Below, in pieces: positions 9,081 through 19,664 of a stretch of DNA of 64,000 nucleotides. Under the pieces are notes generated by a model. It made no database searches and was not told where the DNA came from. It saw only the letters and a list, made by a program, of their open reading frames with translations. The stretch is from Escherichia phage vB_Eco_mar003J3, in sequence record NC_048203.1. The stretch is one strand, 5' to 3'. A program made the translations under genes and the position numbers. How positions within the stretch are numbered: the first letter of the stretch is position 1; every line of letters starts with the position of its first letter.

Positions 9081-11648
9081 TTGAAAATCGCAGTAGTTGA
9101 TAAAGCTCTAAATAACACTCGTTATGATAAACATTTCCAGCTATACGGCGAGGAAGTTGATGTATTCCATATGTGTAACGAGAAGTTGTCCGGTCGTTTG
9201 CTCAAAAAGCATATTACTATCGGGACTCCAGATAACCCGTTCGATCCGAACGATTACGATTTTGTTGTACTAGTTGGTGCTGAACCTTTCCTGTATTTCG
9301 CAGGTAAGAAAGGTATCGGTGATTATACTGGTAAACGTGTAGAGCATGGAGGCTATGCCAACTGGATTGCAAGTATTAGTCCAGCTCAGCTACACTTTAA
9401 ACCTGAAATGAAACCAGTTTTCGATGCAACTGTTGAAAGTATTCATGACATTATTAATGGTCGTGAGAAGATTGCAAAAGCTGGTGATTATCGTCCTATT
9501 ACTGATCCAGATGAAGCTGAAGAATACATCAAGATGGTGTATAATATGGTTATCGGACCTATCGCATTCGACTCCGAAACCTCAGCTCTGTATGCTCGTG
9601 ATGGTTATCTTCTTGGTGTTTCTATGTCTCACCAAGAGTATCAGGGTGTCTATATTGACTCTGACAGCATTACCGAAGTAGCTGTACATTATCTCCAGAA
9701 AATTCTGGATAGCAAGAATCATCAGATCGTTTTTCATAACTTGAAGTTCGATATGCACTTTTACTCCTATCATCTAGGACTTTCCTTCGAGAAAGCACAT
9801 AAAGAGCGTAGACTTCATGATACCATGTTGCAACACTATGTTCTTGATGAACGTCGTGGTACTCACGGCTTGAAATCTCTGGCTATGAAGTATACTGACA
9901 TGGGCGATTATGACTTTGAACTGGATAAGTTCAAGGATGATTATTGCAAGGCACATAAGATCAAAAAAGAGGATTTCAGCTATGATCTGATTCCATTTGA
10001 TATTATGTGGCCTTATGCTGCAAAAGATACCGATGCTACTCTGCGTCTGCATAATTTCTTCTTACCGAAAATTGAGAAGAATGAAAAGCTTTGCAGTCTA
10101 TACTATGACGTTCTGATGCCTGGTTGTGTATTCTTGCAACGTGTGGAAGATCGTGGTGTACCGATTTCTGTTGATCGCTTGAAAGAAGCTCAGTATCAGC
10201 TAACTCACAATCTGAACAAGGCTCGTGAGAAACTGTATACTTATCCAGAAGTCGTTCAGCTAGAAAAAGACCAGAACGAAGCATTTAACCCTAACTCTGT
10301 TAAGCAACTCCGTGTTCTTCTGTTTGATTATGTTGGTTTGACTCCAACTGGTAAACTGACGGATACAGGTGCAGATTCTACAAATGCAGAAGCTCTGAAT
10401 GAACTGGCTACTCAGCACCCGATTGCTAAAACTCTGCTAGAGATTCGTAAGCTGACTAAGCTGATCTCTACTTATGTTGAGAAGATTCTTCTGAGCATCG
10501 ATGCAGATGGTTGCATTCGTACCGGTTTCCACGAACACATGACTACTTCTGGTCGTCTGAGTTCTTCTGGTAAGCTAAACCTGCAACAGTTACCACGTGA
10601 TGAATCTATTATCAAGGGTTGTGTAGTAGCTCCCCCTGGATATCGTGTAATCGCATGGGACTTAACAACTGCGGAAGTTTATTACGCTGCTGTACTGTCT
10701 GGTGACAGAAACATGCAACAAGTATTTATCAACATGAAGAATGAGCCGGATAAATACCCTGACTTCCACTCAAACATCGCACACATGGTATTTAAACTGA
10801 CCTGTGAACCACGTGATGTTAAAAAGCTGTTCCCAGCTCTGCGTCAGGCTGCTAAGGCAATTACCTTCGGTATTCTGTATGGTTCTGGCCCAGCGAAAGT
10901 AGCTCATTCTGTTAACGAAGCTCTTCTGGAACAGGCTGCTAAGACAGGCGAACCGTTTGTTGAATGTACCGTTGCAGATGCTAAGGACTATATCGAAACT
11001 TACTTCGGTCAGTTCCCTCAGCTTAAGCGTTGGATTGATAAGTGCCACGATCAGATCAAGAACTTTGGATTCATCTATAGTCACTTTGGTCGTAAGCGTC
11101 GTCTGCACAACATCCATTCCGAAGATCGTGGTGTTCAGGGTGAAGAAATCCGTTCTGGATTTAACGCAATCATTCAGTCTGCATCTTCTGATAGCCTGTT
11201 GTTAGGTGCTATTGATGCTGATGAAGAAATCCTGTCACTGGGTCTAGGAAAAGAGATGAAGATCGTCATGTTGGTTCACGACTCCGTGGTTGCCATTGTA
11301 CGTGAAGATCTGATCGATCAGTATAACGAGATTCTGATTCGTAACATCCAGAAGGATCGTGGTATTAGTATCCCTGGCTGCCCAATCGGTATTGATTCTG
11401 ATTCTGAGAAAGGTGGTTCTCGCGACTACTCTTGTGGTAAGATGAAGAAACAGCACCCATCAATCGCTTGTATTGATGATGATGAATATACTCGTTATGT
11501 TAAGGGTGTATTACTCGATGCAGATTTCGAGTATAAGAAGTTAGCTGCAATGGATAAAGAGCATCCAGACCACAGCAAGTACAAGGATGATAAGTTTATT
11601 GCTGTATGTAAAGATCTGGATAATGTGAAAAGGATTTTAGGTGCTTGA
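9081..11648 (+). CDS. DNA polymerase, family A with 3'-5' exonuclease domain
   Basis: 855 aa (the size I recall for T5 DNA polymerase); exonuclease motif IAFDSETSALY and PolA motifs; listed start is TTG after GAGGAG. Confidence 0.95.
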   Translation: MKIAVVDKALNNTRYDKHFQLYGEEVDVFHMCNEKLSGRLLKKHITIGTPDNPFDPNDYDFVVLVGAEPFLYFAGKKGIGDYTGKRVEHGGYANWIASISPAQLHFKPEMKPVFDATVESIHDIINGREKIAKAGDYRPITDPDEAEEYIKMVYNMVIGPIAFDSETSALYARDGYLLGVSMSHQEYQGVYIDSDSITEVAVHYLQKILDSKNHQIVFHNLKFDMHFYSYHLGLSFEKAHKERRLHDTMLQHYVLDERRGTHGLKSLAMKYTDMGDYDFELDKFKDDYCKAHKIKKEDFSYDLIPFDIMWPYAAKDTDATLRLHNFFLPKIEKNEKLCSLYYDVLMPGCVFLQRVEDRGVPISVDRLKEAQYQLTHNLNKAREKLYTYPEVVQLEKDQNEAFNPNSVKQLRVLLFDYVGLTPTGKLTDTGADSTNAEALNELATQHPIAKTLLEIRKLTKLISTYVEKILLSIDADGCIRTGFHEHMTTSGRLSSSGKLNLQQLPRDESIIKGCVVAPPGYRVIAWDLTTAEVYYAAVLSGDRNMQQVFINMKNEPDKYPDFHSNIAHMVFKLTCEPRDVKKLFPALRQAAKAITFGILYGSGPAKVAHSVNEALLEQAAKTGEPFVECTVADAKDYIETYFGQFPQLKRWIDKCHDQIKNFGFIYSHFGRKRRLHNIHSEDRGVQGEEIRSGFNAIIQSASSDSLLLGAIDADEEILSLGLGKEMKIVMLVHDSVVAIVREDLIDQYNEILIRNIQKDRGISIPGCPIGIDSDSEKGGSRDYSCGKMKKQHPSIACIDDDEYTRYVKGVLLDADFEYKKLAAMDKEHPDHSKYKDDKFIAVCKDLDNVKRILGA

Positions 11649-12138
11649 TTTCAAATTGCCCGTATATGCTTTACGGGCGTTTGTATCAATTGAGCAGGAA
11701 GGTGATTATTCCGTAATTACAACAAGATATAATAAATATGTGCTAGATAACAGGAAGTTGCCTGGCACATTCTCTCAACGTAGGTTAGACCTATTCGAGA
11801 AGCGGAAAGAATTACCTTATAAGCTCTATCCTATTCGTGGTAGAATATCAATGTTGTCCCAATTAGTTGGGTCAAAGCGTAGCCAGTTCATAGATTCTGA
11901 TGGAAATCTTATTAATTGGAAGAAAACTACGTTCTATGATGTTATCACGTCTAAAGTTCTGCATTCTGCAAGAATTTATAATGGAAAGTATCAATGTTAT
12001 GTGGCCAAAGTTCCATATCCATTCGTACTATCCTATGTTCCAGCTTATATAAGCTATATTCTGGTAAATAATAGCCCTGTTATTTACCAAGTCCATCAAG
12101 AGGAGCCTGAAATTCCTAGACTTAGAATAAAATTATGA
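11641..12138 (+). CDS. hypothetical protein
   Basis: 165-aa ORF overlapping polymerase stop and helicase start. Confidence 0.5.
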   Translation: MLDFKLPVYALRAFVSIEQEGDYSVITTRYNKYVLDNRKLPGTFSQRRLDLFEKRKELPYKLYPIRGRISMLSQLVGSKRSQFIDSDGNLINWKKTTFYDVITSKVLHSARIYNGKYQCYVAKVPYPFVLSYVPAYISYILVNNSPVIYQVHQEEPEIPRLRIKL

Positions 12139-13487
12139 AGGTTGTTATATCTAATAAAGCCTATTTCAAGCCCGATGATGAACTCTGGGATTATTGTAGT
12201 AAACAAACCACTTACCACATCGAGACAATGACTAGTAAATACCCTATTATGTATAAGAATAGTGGTGTTGTTGCTAAAGAGATTAAGTGGATTCCCATTA
12301 CGCGTCTGGATTTGCTAGATGCTAAGGGAGTAAAATACGAATTAGTTGATAAACGCACGTTAGCTCCGGTAAAAATACCAGAACCTCAGTTCAAGCTGCG
12401 TGAAGAAGATCAACTCCCTATATATGAAGAGTGTGATGATACTTGTATTATCAATGGTAAGCCCGGATTTGGTAAAACTATCCTAGCTTTAGCTCTTGCA
12501 TATAAGTTTGGCCAGAAAACTCTGGTAATCTGCACCAACACATCCATACGGGAAATGTGGGCTGCAGAAGTTCGTAAATGGTTTGGATTCGAGCCTGGTA
12601 TTATAGGTTCTGGAAAGTATAATATTGATCCACCAATCGTGGTCAGTAATATACAAACCGTGAATAAACATGCGAATAATCTTTCTAAGGTGTTCGGTAC
12701 TGTTATAGTTGATGAAGTTCACCACTGTGTGGCTACAACTTTCACTAATTTCTTAGAGATCTCGTGTGCTCGCTACAAGATTGGTTTATCGGGTACGTTA
12801 AAACGTAAAGATGGCCTACAAGTTATGTTCAAAGATTTCTTTGGATATAAGATCTTTAGTCCGCCTGTCAATAACACTGTTCCACCCACAATCCATAGGT
12901 ACTCCGTGCCTGTTGAGTTATCAGGAAACCAGAACGTACCGTGGGCATTACGTGCTAACGATGTGTATAACCATCCTGAATATCGAGAGACTATTATAAA
13001 TCTAGCTCATTTATATGTGTCTATGGGGCATAAGGTTCTCTTTGTAAGTGATAGAACAGAACTAATTCAAACAATACTAGAAGCTCTCGCACAACGTGGT
13101 GTTACAACCTATGAGATTATAGGTGCAACTCCTTTGGATGATCGATTGAGAATCCAGAAAGATGTAGCGGAGGGCGGACCTTGTGTACTTGCAGCAGCTC
13201 AGAGTATCTTCTCAGAAGGTATTTCTCTTAACGAGCTATCTTGTTTAATAATGGGAAGTCTCATTAATAATGAATCTCTCATAGAACAGCTAGCAGGTCG
13301 CGTTCAACGTATTGTTGACGGAAAACTAGATCCGATTGTTGTAGATTTAATTATGAAAGGAGGTACTGGTTTAAGACAGGCTTCTGGACGTATGGCCGTA
13401 TATCGCAATAACGCATGGAAAACTATTACTATGACTCCGGAGAAAGCAGTACAATTAGCTAAAATTGCATTTGGCAACTGCTCATAA
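12135..13487 (+). CDS. SF2 (DEAD/DEAH-type) DNA helicase
   Basis: Walker A GKPGFGKT, DEVHH box, helicase C-terminal motifs. Confidence 0.8.
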   Translation: MKVVISNKAYFKPDDELWDYCSKQTTYHIETMTSKYPIMYKNSGVVAKEIKWIPITRLDLLDAKGVKYELVDKRTLAPVKIPEPQFKLREEDQLPIYEECDDTCIINGKPGFGKTILALALAYKFGQKTLVICTNTSIREMWAAEVRKWFGFEPGIIGSGKYNIDPPIVVSNIQTVNKHANNLSKVFGTVIVDEVHHCVATTFTNFLEISCARYKIGLSGTLKRKDGLQVMFKDFFGYKIFSPPVNNTVPPTIHRYSVPVELSGNQNVPWALRANDVYNHPEYRETIINLAHLYVSMGHKVLFVSDRTELIQTILEALAQRGVTTYEIIGATPLDDRLRIQKDVAEGGPCVLAAAQSIFSEGISLNELSCLIMGSLINNESLIEQLAGRVQRIVDGKLDPIVVDLIMKGGTGLRQASGRMAVYRNNAWKTITMTPEKAVQLAKIAFGNCS

Positions 13488-13499
13488 TTATTGTATAAT
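13471..13499 (+). promoter_or_regulatory. T5-type sigma70 promoter
   Basis: TTGGCA-17 bp-TATAAT followed by ATACACATAAATTTGAGAGAG. Confidence 0.55.
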
Positions 13500-13570
13500 A
13501 TACACATAAATTTGAGAGAGAAAGTTTCGGATTGATAAGAAAGTCCGAAGCAGAAAAATAAAAATTGTAC

Positions 13571-13600
13571 TTGTCAAATCCTCCCGATTTAATGTATAAT
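13571..13600 (+). promoter_or_regulatory. T5-type sigma70 promoter
   Basis: TTGTCA-18 bp-TATAAT followed by ATATACATAAATTGATGAGAG. Confidence 0.65.
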
Positions 13601-13627
13601 ATATACATAAATTGATGAGAGACAAAA

Positions 13628-13990
13628 ATGAAATTCTTTGATTACGAGAGAATTTACCTCTTAGCTAGAGGAAACTCCGACCTGATTGTCAAGCTATTTA
13701 ATAGAATGCTTGCAGAGCCTGATGCTCACCAACTACTGGTCGGTTCTTCATTCATCTTGAATGAATCAACTATTGTTGATAACCCTTACAAATTGTCTAA
13801 TAGACAACTGGCAGAATATCTAGGAATTCTAAGTCTACGAAATTATGCCGAATATAAGTTTACAAACGATCCGAGTTTGGACATGCAATATGTTCCCGTA
13901 TGGATACCACGTTCTGTAATCGATACTAACCCACTAATTGCAATCAATAAATCGAAGATAATCTTTAAAGAGGAAATAAAATATGGCTAA
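13628..13990 (+). CDS. hypothetical protein
   Basis: 120-aa ORF downstream of tandem T5-type promoters; RBS GAGAGA. Confidence 0.5.
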   Translation: MKFFDYERIYLLARGNSDLIVKLFNRMLAEPDAHQLLVGSSFILNESTIVDNPYKLSNRQLAEYLGILSLRNYAEYKFTNDPSLDMQYVPVWIPRSVIDTNPLIAINKSKIIFKEEIKYG

Positions 13991-14756
13991 GTCTTGGGGC
14001 GAAACTACTGGCGGTTCTAACGATAAAATCGACTTCCTGAAATTCAACAACGGTGTAACTCGTGTTCGTATCGTTTCTGGTGTTCTTCCACGTTATGTCT
14101 ACTGGCTGACTAACAAAGATGGTAATGCAGCTCCGTTTGAGTGCCTGCGTTTCAACCGTACTAAAGAGAGCTTCATCCGCGGTAAAGCTGACCCGATTCA
14201 CGAAATGGGCTTCTTCGAAAAAGAGCTGGACAAAGATGGTAATCGTGTTCCGCTGAAACCGAAGAAAAACTACATCGCCTTCGTTATCGACCGTTCCGAT
14301 AACAAACTGAAAGTTATGGAAGTTAAAGCTACTATCCTGAAAGGCATCCAGTCTATCATGAAGCAGCTTGAACTGGCAGATCCATTCGATATCGATATTT
14401 CTATCGAGAAGAAAGGTAAAGGCTTCGATACTGAGTACGATGTACAGCAGATCGCAGCAATGCAGTTCCAGATGAAACTGAAAGATCCTACCAGTGCTGA
14501 GTCTAAACTGCACGCCGCTGATGTTGATATCCTCGGTGAAGCTATGTGTGATGATACTGGTGAGTTCATCAAGTTCGAAAAAGTTCCTTCTCTGGAAGAA
14601 ACCTACCCGGTTCCGTCCTATGAAGAGCAGAAAGAAGCTATTCTCGCCTTCATGGAAGGTCGTGAGAAGCAAGACGGCGGTGACGCTAAGTCTGGTGGAG
14701 ATGCTGGTTCTCAGAAAGGCATCGACGCTGAAGCTGCTAGCGATCTGGACGACTAA
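13983..14756 (+). CDS. hypothetical protein with acidic C-terminal tail (possible ssDNA-binding protein)
   Basis: 257 aa; C-terminus GGDAKSGGDAGSQKGIDAEAASDLDD resembles acidic tails of phage SSBs; strong RBS AAAGAGGA. Function is inference. Confidence 0.5.
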   Translation: MAKSWGETTGGSNDKIDFLKFNNGVTRVRIVSGVLPRYVYWLTNKDGNAAPFECLRFNRTKESFIRGKADPIHEMGFFEKELDKDGNRVPLKPKKNYIAFVIDRSDNKLKVMEVKATILKGIQSIMKQLELADPFDIDISIEKKGKGFDTEYDVQQIAAMQFQMKLKDPTSAESKLHAADVDILGEAMCDDTGEFIKFEKVPSLEETYPVPSYEEQKEAILAFMEGREKQDGGDAKSGGDAGSQKGIDAEAASDLDD

Positions 14757-14764
14757 TAAACCAA

Positions 14765-14790
14765 GGGGAGCTACGGCTCCCTTTCTTTTT
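14765..14790 (+). terminator. rho-independent terminator
   Basis: GGGGAGC-TACG-GCTCCC hairpin followed by TTTCTTTTT. Confidence 0.75.
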
Positions 14791-14795
14791 AACTT

Positions 14796-15773
14796 ATGAA
14801 AATACTATTTAGTGCTGATCATCATATCAAATTAGGACAAGATAAAGTTCCAAAGGAATGGCAGAAGCGTCGCTTCCTGATGCTAGGAGAACGGTTAAAT
14901 GACATATTCCATAATCATAACTGTGATCTGCATATTGCTGGTGGTGATATTCTTGATGTTGCCGACCCATCGTCGGAAGAAATAGAACTTCTTGAACAGT
15001 TCATGTCAAGGCTTGACCATCCAGGCAAGATCTTCACTGGGAATCATGAAATGTTAACTAAAACTATTTCATGTCTGTATCATTATGCAGGAGTTATTAA
15101 TAAAGTAACAAACGGAAATTGGGAAGTCATTAATAAACCATATCGTTCTCCTGAATTTGATATTATCCCTTATGATGAAATCCACAAACCAAAGTGGAAA
15201 CCATCTGAGTCAAAATTATGTTTCACGCATGTTCGTGGTGAAATCCCTCCACATGTAAAACCAGAGATTGATCTAACGAGGTATAACTGTTATGACATTG
15301 TAATTGCTGGCGATTTACATTCTTATACTAATAGTCAAACTGTTGGTTCTACTAGACTTCTTTATCCAGGATCTCCACTAACTACATCGTTCCATAGAGA
15401 ACGCACAAAAGGTACAAATGGTTGTTTTATCATTGATACCGACACATTAAAAGTAGAATGGATTGAACTTGGTGACTTACCACAACTGATTCGTAAAACA
15501 ATCGGAGTTGGTGAGGAAATGGAGCCTAGTGACTATGACCGTGTAATTTATGAAGTCACTGGTGACGTCGTTCAGTTAAAGTCTATCAAAGATTCCGATC
15601 TCTTAGATAAAAAGATTAACCATCGAGTTACTAAAGATGCTAAGTTAAATCTTGTCGATCTTGATATGTTAGGCGAGCTTGAGCTTTACTTCCGTGAAGT
15701 TGAAAAGCTGTCTCAAGGCGACATTGATAGAATCTTAGCTAGAGCTGCTAAATATGTCAAAGATTACAATTAA
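14796..15773 (+). CDS. SbcD/Mre11-like recombination nuclease (D12-like)
   Basis: Metallophosphoesterase motifs DHH, GGDILD, GNHE. Confidence 0.85.
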   Translation: MKILFSADHHIKLGQDKVPKEWQKRRFLMLGERLNDIFHNHNCDLHIAGGDILDVADPSSEEIELLEQFMSRLDHPGKIFTGNHEMLTKTISCLYHYAGVINKVTNGNWEVINKPYRSPEFDIIPYDEIHKPKWKPSESKLCFTHVRGEIPPHVKPEIDLTRYNCYDIVIAGDLHSYTNSQTVGSTRLLYPGSPLTTSFHRERTKGTNGCFIIDTDTLKVEWIELGDLPQLIRKTIGVGEEMEPSDYDRVIYEVTGDVVQLKSIKDSDLLDKKINHRVTKDAKLNLVDLDMLGELELYFREVEKLSQGDIDRILARAAKYVKDYN

Positions 15774-17592
15774 GACACTAAAATTCAGCAACGTTATGTC
15801 TTACGGTAAGGATATCGTAATTCATTTCGATAAGAATCCAGTTACTCAGTTAATCGGAGGAAACGGTCTAGGGAAGTCCACTATTGCTACTGTTATTGAG
15901 GAATTGTTTTATAACAAGAACTCACGTGGTATCAAGAAGGACGCCCTATTCTCTTGGGGTTCTCCGAAGAAAGAGTATGATATGCACGCTTACTTCTCGA
16001 AAGATGAAGATGAGTATGAATTGCATAAAGTAGTTAAATCAACTGCTAAGGTTACGCTGATTAAGAACGGAGAAGATATCAGTGGACACACAGCAACTCA
16101 AACGTACAAGATGATTGAAGAGATTATGGGTGGTGACTTCCAAACATTCACTAAACTGATCTATCAATCTGTTGGTTCCAATCTAGACTTCCTCAAAGCA
16201 ACTGATGCAACACGTAAAGCTTTTCTTGTTAATCTGTTCAATCAGGAACAGTATAAAGAGATGTCAGAAACTATTAAGGCTGATCGTAAAGAAGTGGCAA
16301 GTACGTTAAGTAACTTGCAAGGCCAGATGGCCGTAATTACGAAGATCCTCAATGGAAAAGGTAATCTCGGAAGTTTACAAGAGCCAGTTGAAGTTCCAGA
16401 GTTTGAGGAAGAACCGTTAGCACAAGAACTTACTGAATCGAAAATTAAGGCGGCATTAGCCAAGTCACAAGAGGCTAATATTACTAAACTTCGTAATTTG
16501 GACAAAGCTGTACAAGTTGCCGAACAATCTTTCGAGCCTTTCAAAAATTTCCCCGCGCCCACTGACCAATCTGAAGAGATCTCAAGTGTTACGCGTGACC
16601 TAACGATTGTTACCTCACGTGCAGGAGAAGTCAAGAAACGTTATCAGAAGTTCAAGCAAGAGGCTTCAAATACTGAATGTCCTACTTGTGGCACTCACCT
16701 TGATACAACTGCTGCTCAAAAAGCAATGGATATGGCTAGAACAGAATACGATCCTCTGTTTAAAGAGAAACAATCTCTTGAAGCTACATTGGAGCAGTTG
16801 AAGAAAGAACAAGTTGAGTATACTGCATATATTAGAGCTAAGGATGCTTTGGATAAGGCAGTAGCAGCTAGAGACGAGTTCAAAAATTCAATGAGTGATG
16901 CTTCTTTTGAAGAACTCAATGTGCAAATCCTACAGGTGCAAATCCGACAATTAGAACAGGAAATCGCAGATGGACGTTCTAAAGTTGCAATTGCCAAAGA
17001 GCATAATGCAAATGTCGAGTTAGCCAATGCAAAATATAAAGCGAAACTAGAACAGATTGAGAAAGCTGAGGCAGAAATGTCTGAGATAACGTCCAAACTG
17101 GATGGAGTATCAGAAGCTGTTGCTGATCTTGATATTCTGATCACTGCATTGAAAAATCTGGTAGGATATAAATTAGAGCATAGTGTGAAAGTATTTGAGG
17201 AATTGATTAATAAATATCTTTCTATTATGACTGGTGGTAAGTTCGCACTTGGATTTGAGCTTGATGAAACGAAATTACAAGTAGTAATCTTCAATGATGG
17301 GAACCGTACCAGTATGGAAAACTGCTCTACTGGTCAGCAAAGTAGAATTAACCTAGCAACTCTGTTAGCTATTCGAATGCTGTTAACATCTATTAGTAAA
17401 GTTAATATTAATCTTCTGTTCCTTGATGAAGTTATTAGCTTTATTGATACGAAAGGACTTGATACTCTCGTTGAATTATTAAATGAGGAAGATAGTCTGA
17501 ATTCTATCATTGTTTCTCATGGGCATACGCATCCATTAGCCCATAAGATTACTGTCAAAAAAGATGCAGAAGGATTTTCCTACTTAGAATAA
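15754..17592 (+). CDS. SbcC/Rad50-like ATPase (D13-like)
   Basis: Walker A GGNGLGKST, long coiled coil with CPTCG zinc hook, C-terminal LLFLDEV signature. Confidence 0.85.
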   Translation: MSKITIKTLKFSNVMSYGKDIVIHFDKNPVTQLIGGNGLGKSTIATVIEELFYNKNSRGIKKDALFSWGSPKKEYDMHAYFSKDEDEYELHKVVKSTAKVTLIKNGEDISGHTATQTYKMIEEIMGGDFQTFTKLIYQSVGSNLDFLKATDATRKAFLVNLFNQEQYKEMSETIKADRKEVASTLSNLQGQMAVITKILNGKGNLGSLQEPVEVPEFEEEPLAQELTESKIKAALAKSQEANITKLRNLDKAVQVAEQSFEPFKNFPAPTDQSEEISSVTRDLTIVTSRAGEVKKRYQKFKQEASNTECPTCGTHLDTTAAQKAMDMARTEYDPLFKEKQSLEATLEQLKKEQVEYTAYIRAKDALDKAVAARDEFKNSMSDASFEELNVQILQVQIRQLEQEIADGRSKVAIAKEHNANVELANAKYKAKLEQIEKAEAEMSEITSKLDGVSEAVADLDILITALKNLVGYKLEHSVKVFEELINKYLSIMTGGKFALGFELDETKLQVVIFNDGNRTSMENCSTGQQSRINLATLLAIRMLLTSISKVNINLLFLDEVISFIDTKGLDTLVELLNEEDSLNSIIVSHGHTHPLAHKITVKKDAEGFSYLE

Positions 17593-17595
17593 AAC

Positions 17596-18078
17596 ATGGC
17601 CGTAGATAGTAGAGAGAAAGGTAAACGTGGTGAATATCAGGTAAGAGATATACTGCGTGAACGTACAGGTCTTGAGTGGGAACGTGTTCCAGGCTCTGGT
17701 GCTTTTGGCCAGAGCCATGGACTGAAGGGTGACATCTACCTTCCACCACAGAGCGGACATATTAGTAAATACTGCTTCGAAGTTAAGTGGTATAAAGATG
17801 ATAACATATCAAGTAATTTATTTAACGTTGGTGAATCCACTCTAGAGAAGTGGTGGCAGCAGTGTTCCCGTGAAGGTGAACAGATGAACTCCAAACCAGC
17901 CTTAATATTCAAGAAAGACAGAGGACAGTGGTTAATTGCTTTGGGTAGCTCAGATCCTATGGTTGACAACTTAATGTGTCGTACCCATATGGTGTTAAAT
18001 AAGAAAGACATGGAAATCGTAATCGGGTTATTTGAACCATGGTTACACCACGCATCTGTTGAGGACTTAATTAAATAA
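17596..18078 (+). CDS. D14-like protein, putative PD-(D/E)xK nuclease
   Basis: 160 aa; GDIY...FEVKW resembles a D...ExK nuclease motif; synteny upstream of D15. Confidence 0.5.
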   Translation: MAVDSREKGKRGEYQVRDILRERTGLEWERVPGSGAFGQSHGLKGDIYLPPQSGHISKYCFEVKWYKDDNISSNLFNVGESTLEKWWQQCSREGEQMNSKPALIFKKDRGQWLIALGSSDPMVDNLMCRTHMVLNKKDMEIVIGLFEPWLHHASVEDLIK

Positions 18079-18953
18079 TGAGTAAATCCTGGGGAAAATT
18101 TATTGAAGAGGAAGAAGCTGAGCTGGCTTCTCGTCGCAACCTAATGATTGTTGATGGAACTAACTTAGGCTTCCGCTTCAAACATAATAATAGTAAGAAA
18201 CCATTCGCATCAAGTTATGTTTCTACAATTCAATCTCTAGCAAAATCCTACTCAGCTAGAACTACAATCGTTCTCGGTGATAAAGGAAAGTCTGTATTCC
18301 GTTTAGAGCACCTTCCTGATTATAAGGGCAACCGTGATGAAAAGTATGCTCAACGTACAGAAGAAGAGAAAGCACTAGATGAACAGTTCTTCGAGTATCT
18401 TCGTGATGCTTTCGAATTGTGTGAAACCACATTCCCAACTTTCACTATTCGTGGTGTAGAAGCAGACGATATGGCAGCTTATATTGTTAAGCTCATTGGT
18501 CATTTATATGATCATGTTTGGCTGATTTCTACTGATGGTGACTGGGATACTCTATTAACTGATCGAGTTTCTCGCTTCTCCTTTACCACACGTCGTGAGT
18601 ATCATCTTCGTGACATGTATGAACATCATAACGTTGACGATGTAGATCAGTTTATCTCTCTGAAAGCAATTATGGGAGATCTTGGTGATAACATCCGTGG
18701 TGTTGAAGGCATCGGTGCAAAACGTGGTTATAATATTATCCGTGAATTTGGTAATGTTCTGGATATTATTGATCAACTCCCTCTGCCTGGGAAACAGAAA
18801 TATATACAGAATCTGAACGCATCGGAGGAGTTGCTTTTCCGAAACTTGATTCTGGTTGATTTACCGACCTATTGTATAGATGCTATTGCTGCTGTGGGTC
18901 AAGACGTACTAGATAAGTTTACGAAAGATATTTTGGAGATCGCAGGACAATGA
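18078..18953 (+). CDS. D15: flap endonuclease / 5'-3' exonuclease (D15-like)
   Basis: 291 aa (same length as T5 D15 as I recall); FEN family N-terminal MIVDGTNLGFRF and H3TH-like region. Confidence 0.9.
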   Translation: MSKSWGKFIEEEEAELASRRNLMIVDGTNLGFRFKHNNSKKPFASSYVSTIQSLAKSYSARTTIVLGDKGKSVFRLEHLPDYKGNRDEKYAQRTEEEKALDEQFFEYLRDAFELCETTFPTFTIRGVEADDMAAYIVKLIGHLYDHVWLISTDGDWDTLLTDRVSRFSFTTRREYHLRDMYEHHNVDDVDQFISLKAIMGDLGDNIRGVEGIGAKRGYNIIREFGNVLDIIDQLPLPGKQKYIQNLNASEELLFRNLILVDLPTYCIDAIAAVGQDVLDKFTKDILEIAGQ

Positions 18954-19396
18954 TTAAAATTAAACTAACTCATCCAGATTGCATGCCAAAGATTGGTTCT
19001 AATGATGCCGCAGGTATGGATCTGCGTGCATTCTTTGGTACTAACCTTGCAGCAGATTTACGTGCTATTGCACCAGGCAAATCCCTTATGATAGACACCG
19101 GTGTCGCGGTGGAAATTCCGCGAGGTTGGTTTGGTTTGGTAGTTCCTCGCAGCTCTTTAGGTAAGCGTAAACTGATGATCGCAAATACCGCAGGAGTGAT
19201 CGACTCAGACTACCGTGGTACTATTAAGATGAACCTGTTTAACTACGGTTCTGAAATGCAAACTCTGGAGAATTTCGAGAGACTTTGTCAGCTAGTGGTA
19301 CTACCACACTATTCAACCCATCATTTTGAAATCGTTGACGAACTAGAGGAGACTGATCGTGGAGAAGGCGGCTTTGGAAGCTCAGGAAGTAAGTAA
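18950..19396 (+). CDS. dut: dUTPase
   Basis: Canonical dUTPase motifs AAGMDLRA, RSSLGKRKLMIANTAGVIDSDYRG, C-terminal RGEGGFGSSG. Confidence 0.9.
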   Translation: MIKIKLTHPDCMPKIGSNDAAGMDLRAFFGTNLAADLRAIAPGKSLMIDTGVAVEIPRGWFGLVVPRSSLGKRKLMIANTAGVIDSDYRGTIKMNLFNYGSEMQTLENFERLCQLVVLPHYSTHHFEIVDELEETDRGEGGFGSSGSK

Positions 19397-19412
19397 TTTT
19401 GCAGATCCTAAT

Positions 19413-19625
19413 ATGATAGGAGTAGATGTAGATCAATCTAATTTTTACAAGATTGATATTAAATACGTTGAACCTGAGAAAATAGTATTGAGGGTTGATG
19501 TATCTGGTGTAGTAGAGCAGTGGGATGAAGAGGGATTTATCGCACTTTGCACTGAATCTCAGGATCCTATGCTTAAAGCTATGCTAGCAGTGTATAACTT
19601 AGGTATTATTGCAGGTAGTAGATAA
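19413..19625 (+). CDS. hypothetical small protein
   Basis: ATG 19413 after dUTPase stop; weak RBS. Confidence 0.3.
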   Translation: MIGVDVDQSNFYKIDIKYVEPEKIVLRVDVSGVVEQWDEEGFIALCTESQDPMLKAMLAVYNLGIIAGSR

Positions 19626-19632
19626 TAATAAA

Positions 19633-19664
19633 CCCCAGTGGATTATCCACTGGGGTTTTCTTTT
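19633..19664. terminator. bidirectional intrinsic terminator between convergent early and late units
   Basis: CCCCAGTGG-ATTA-TCCACTGGGG hairpin with T-run on + strand and A-run before it. Confidence 0.7.

Noticed and set aside
13965-14672. 235-aa - strand ORF overlapping ORF 13983..14756
   Set aside because: The + strand ORF has a strong RBS and fits the + strand operon; the - strand product is Phe-rich and low-complexity, typical of an antisense artefact.
16716-17294. 192-aa - strand ORF inside the SbcC-like gene
   Set aside because: Lies within the coiled-coil region of a clearly identified gene; Ser/Ala-rich antisense frame.
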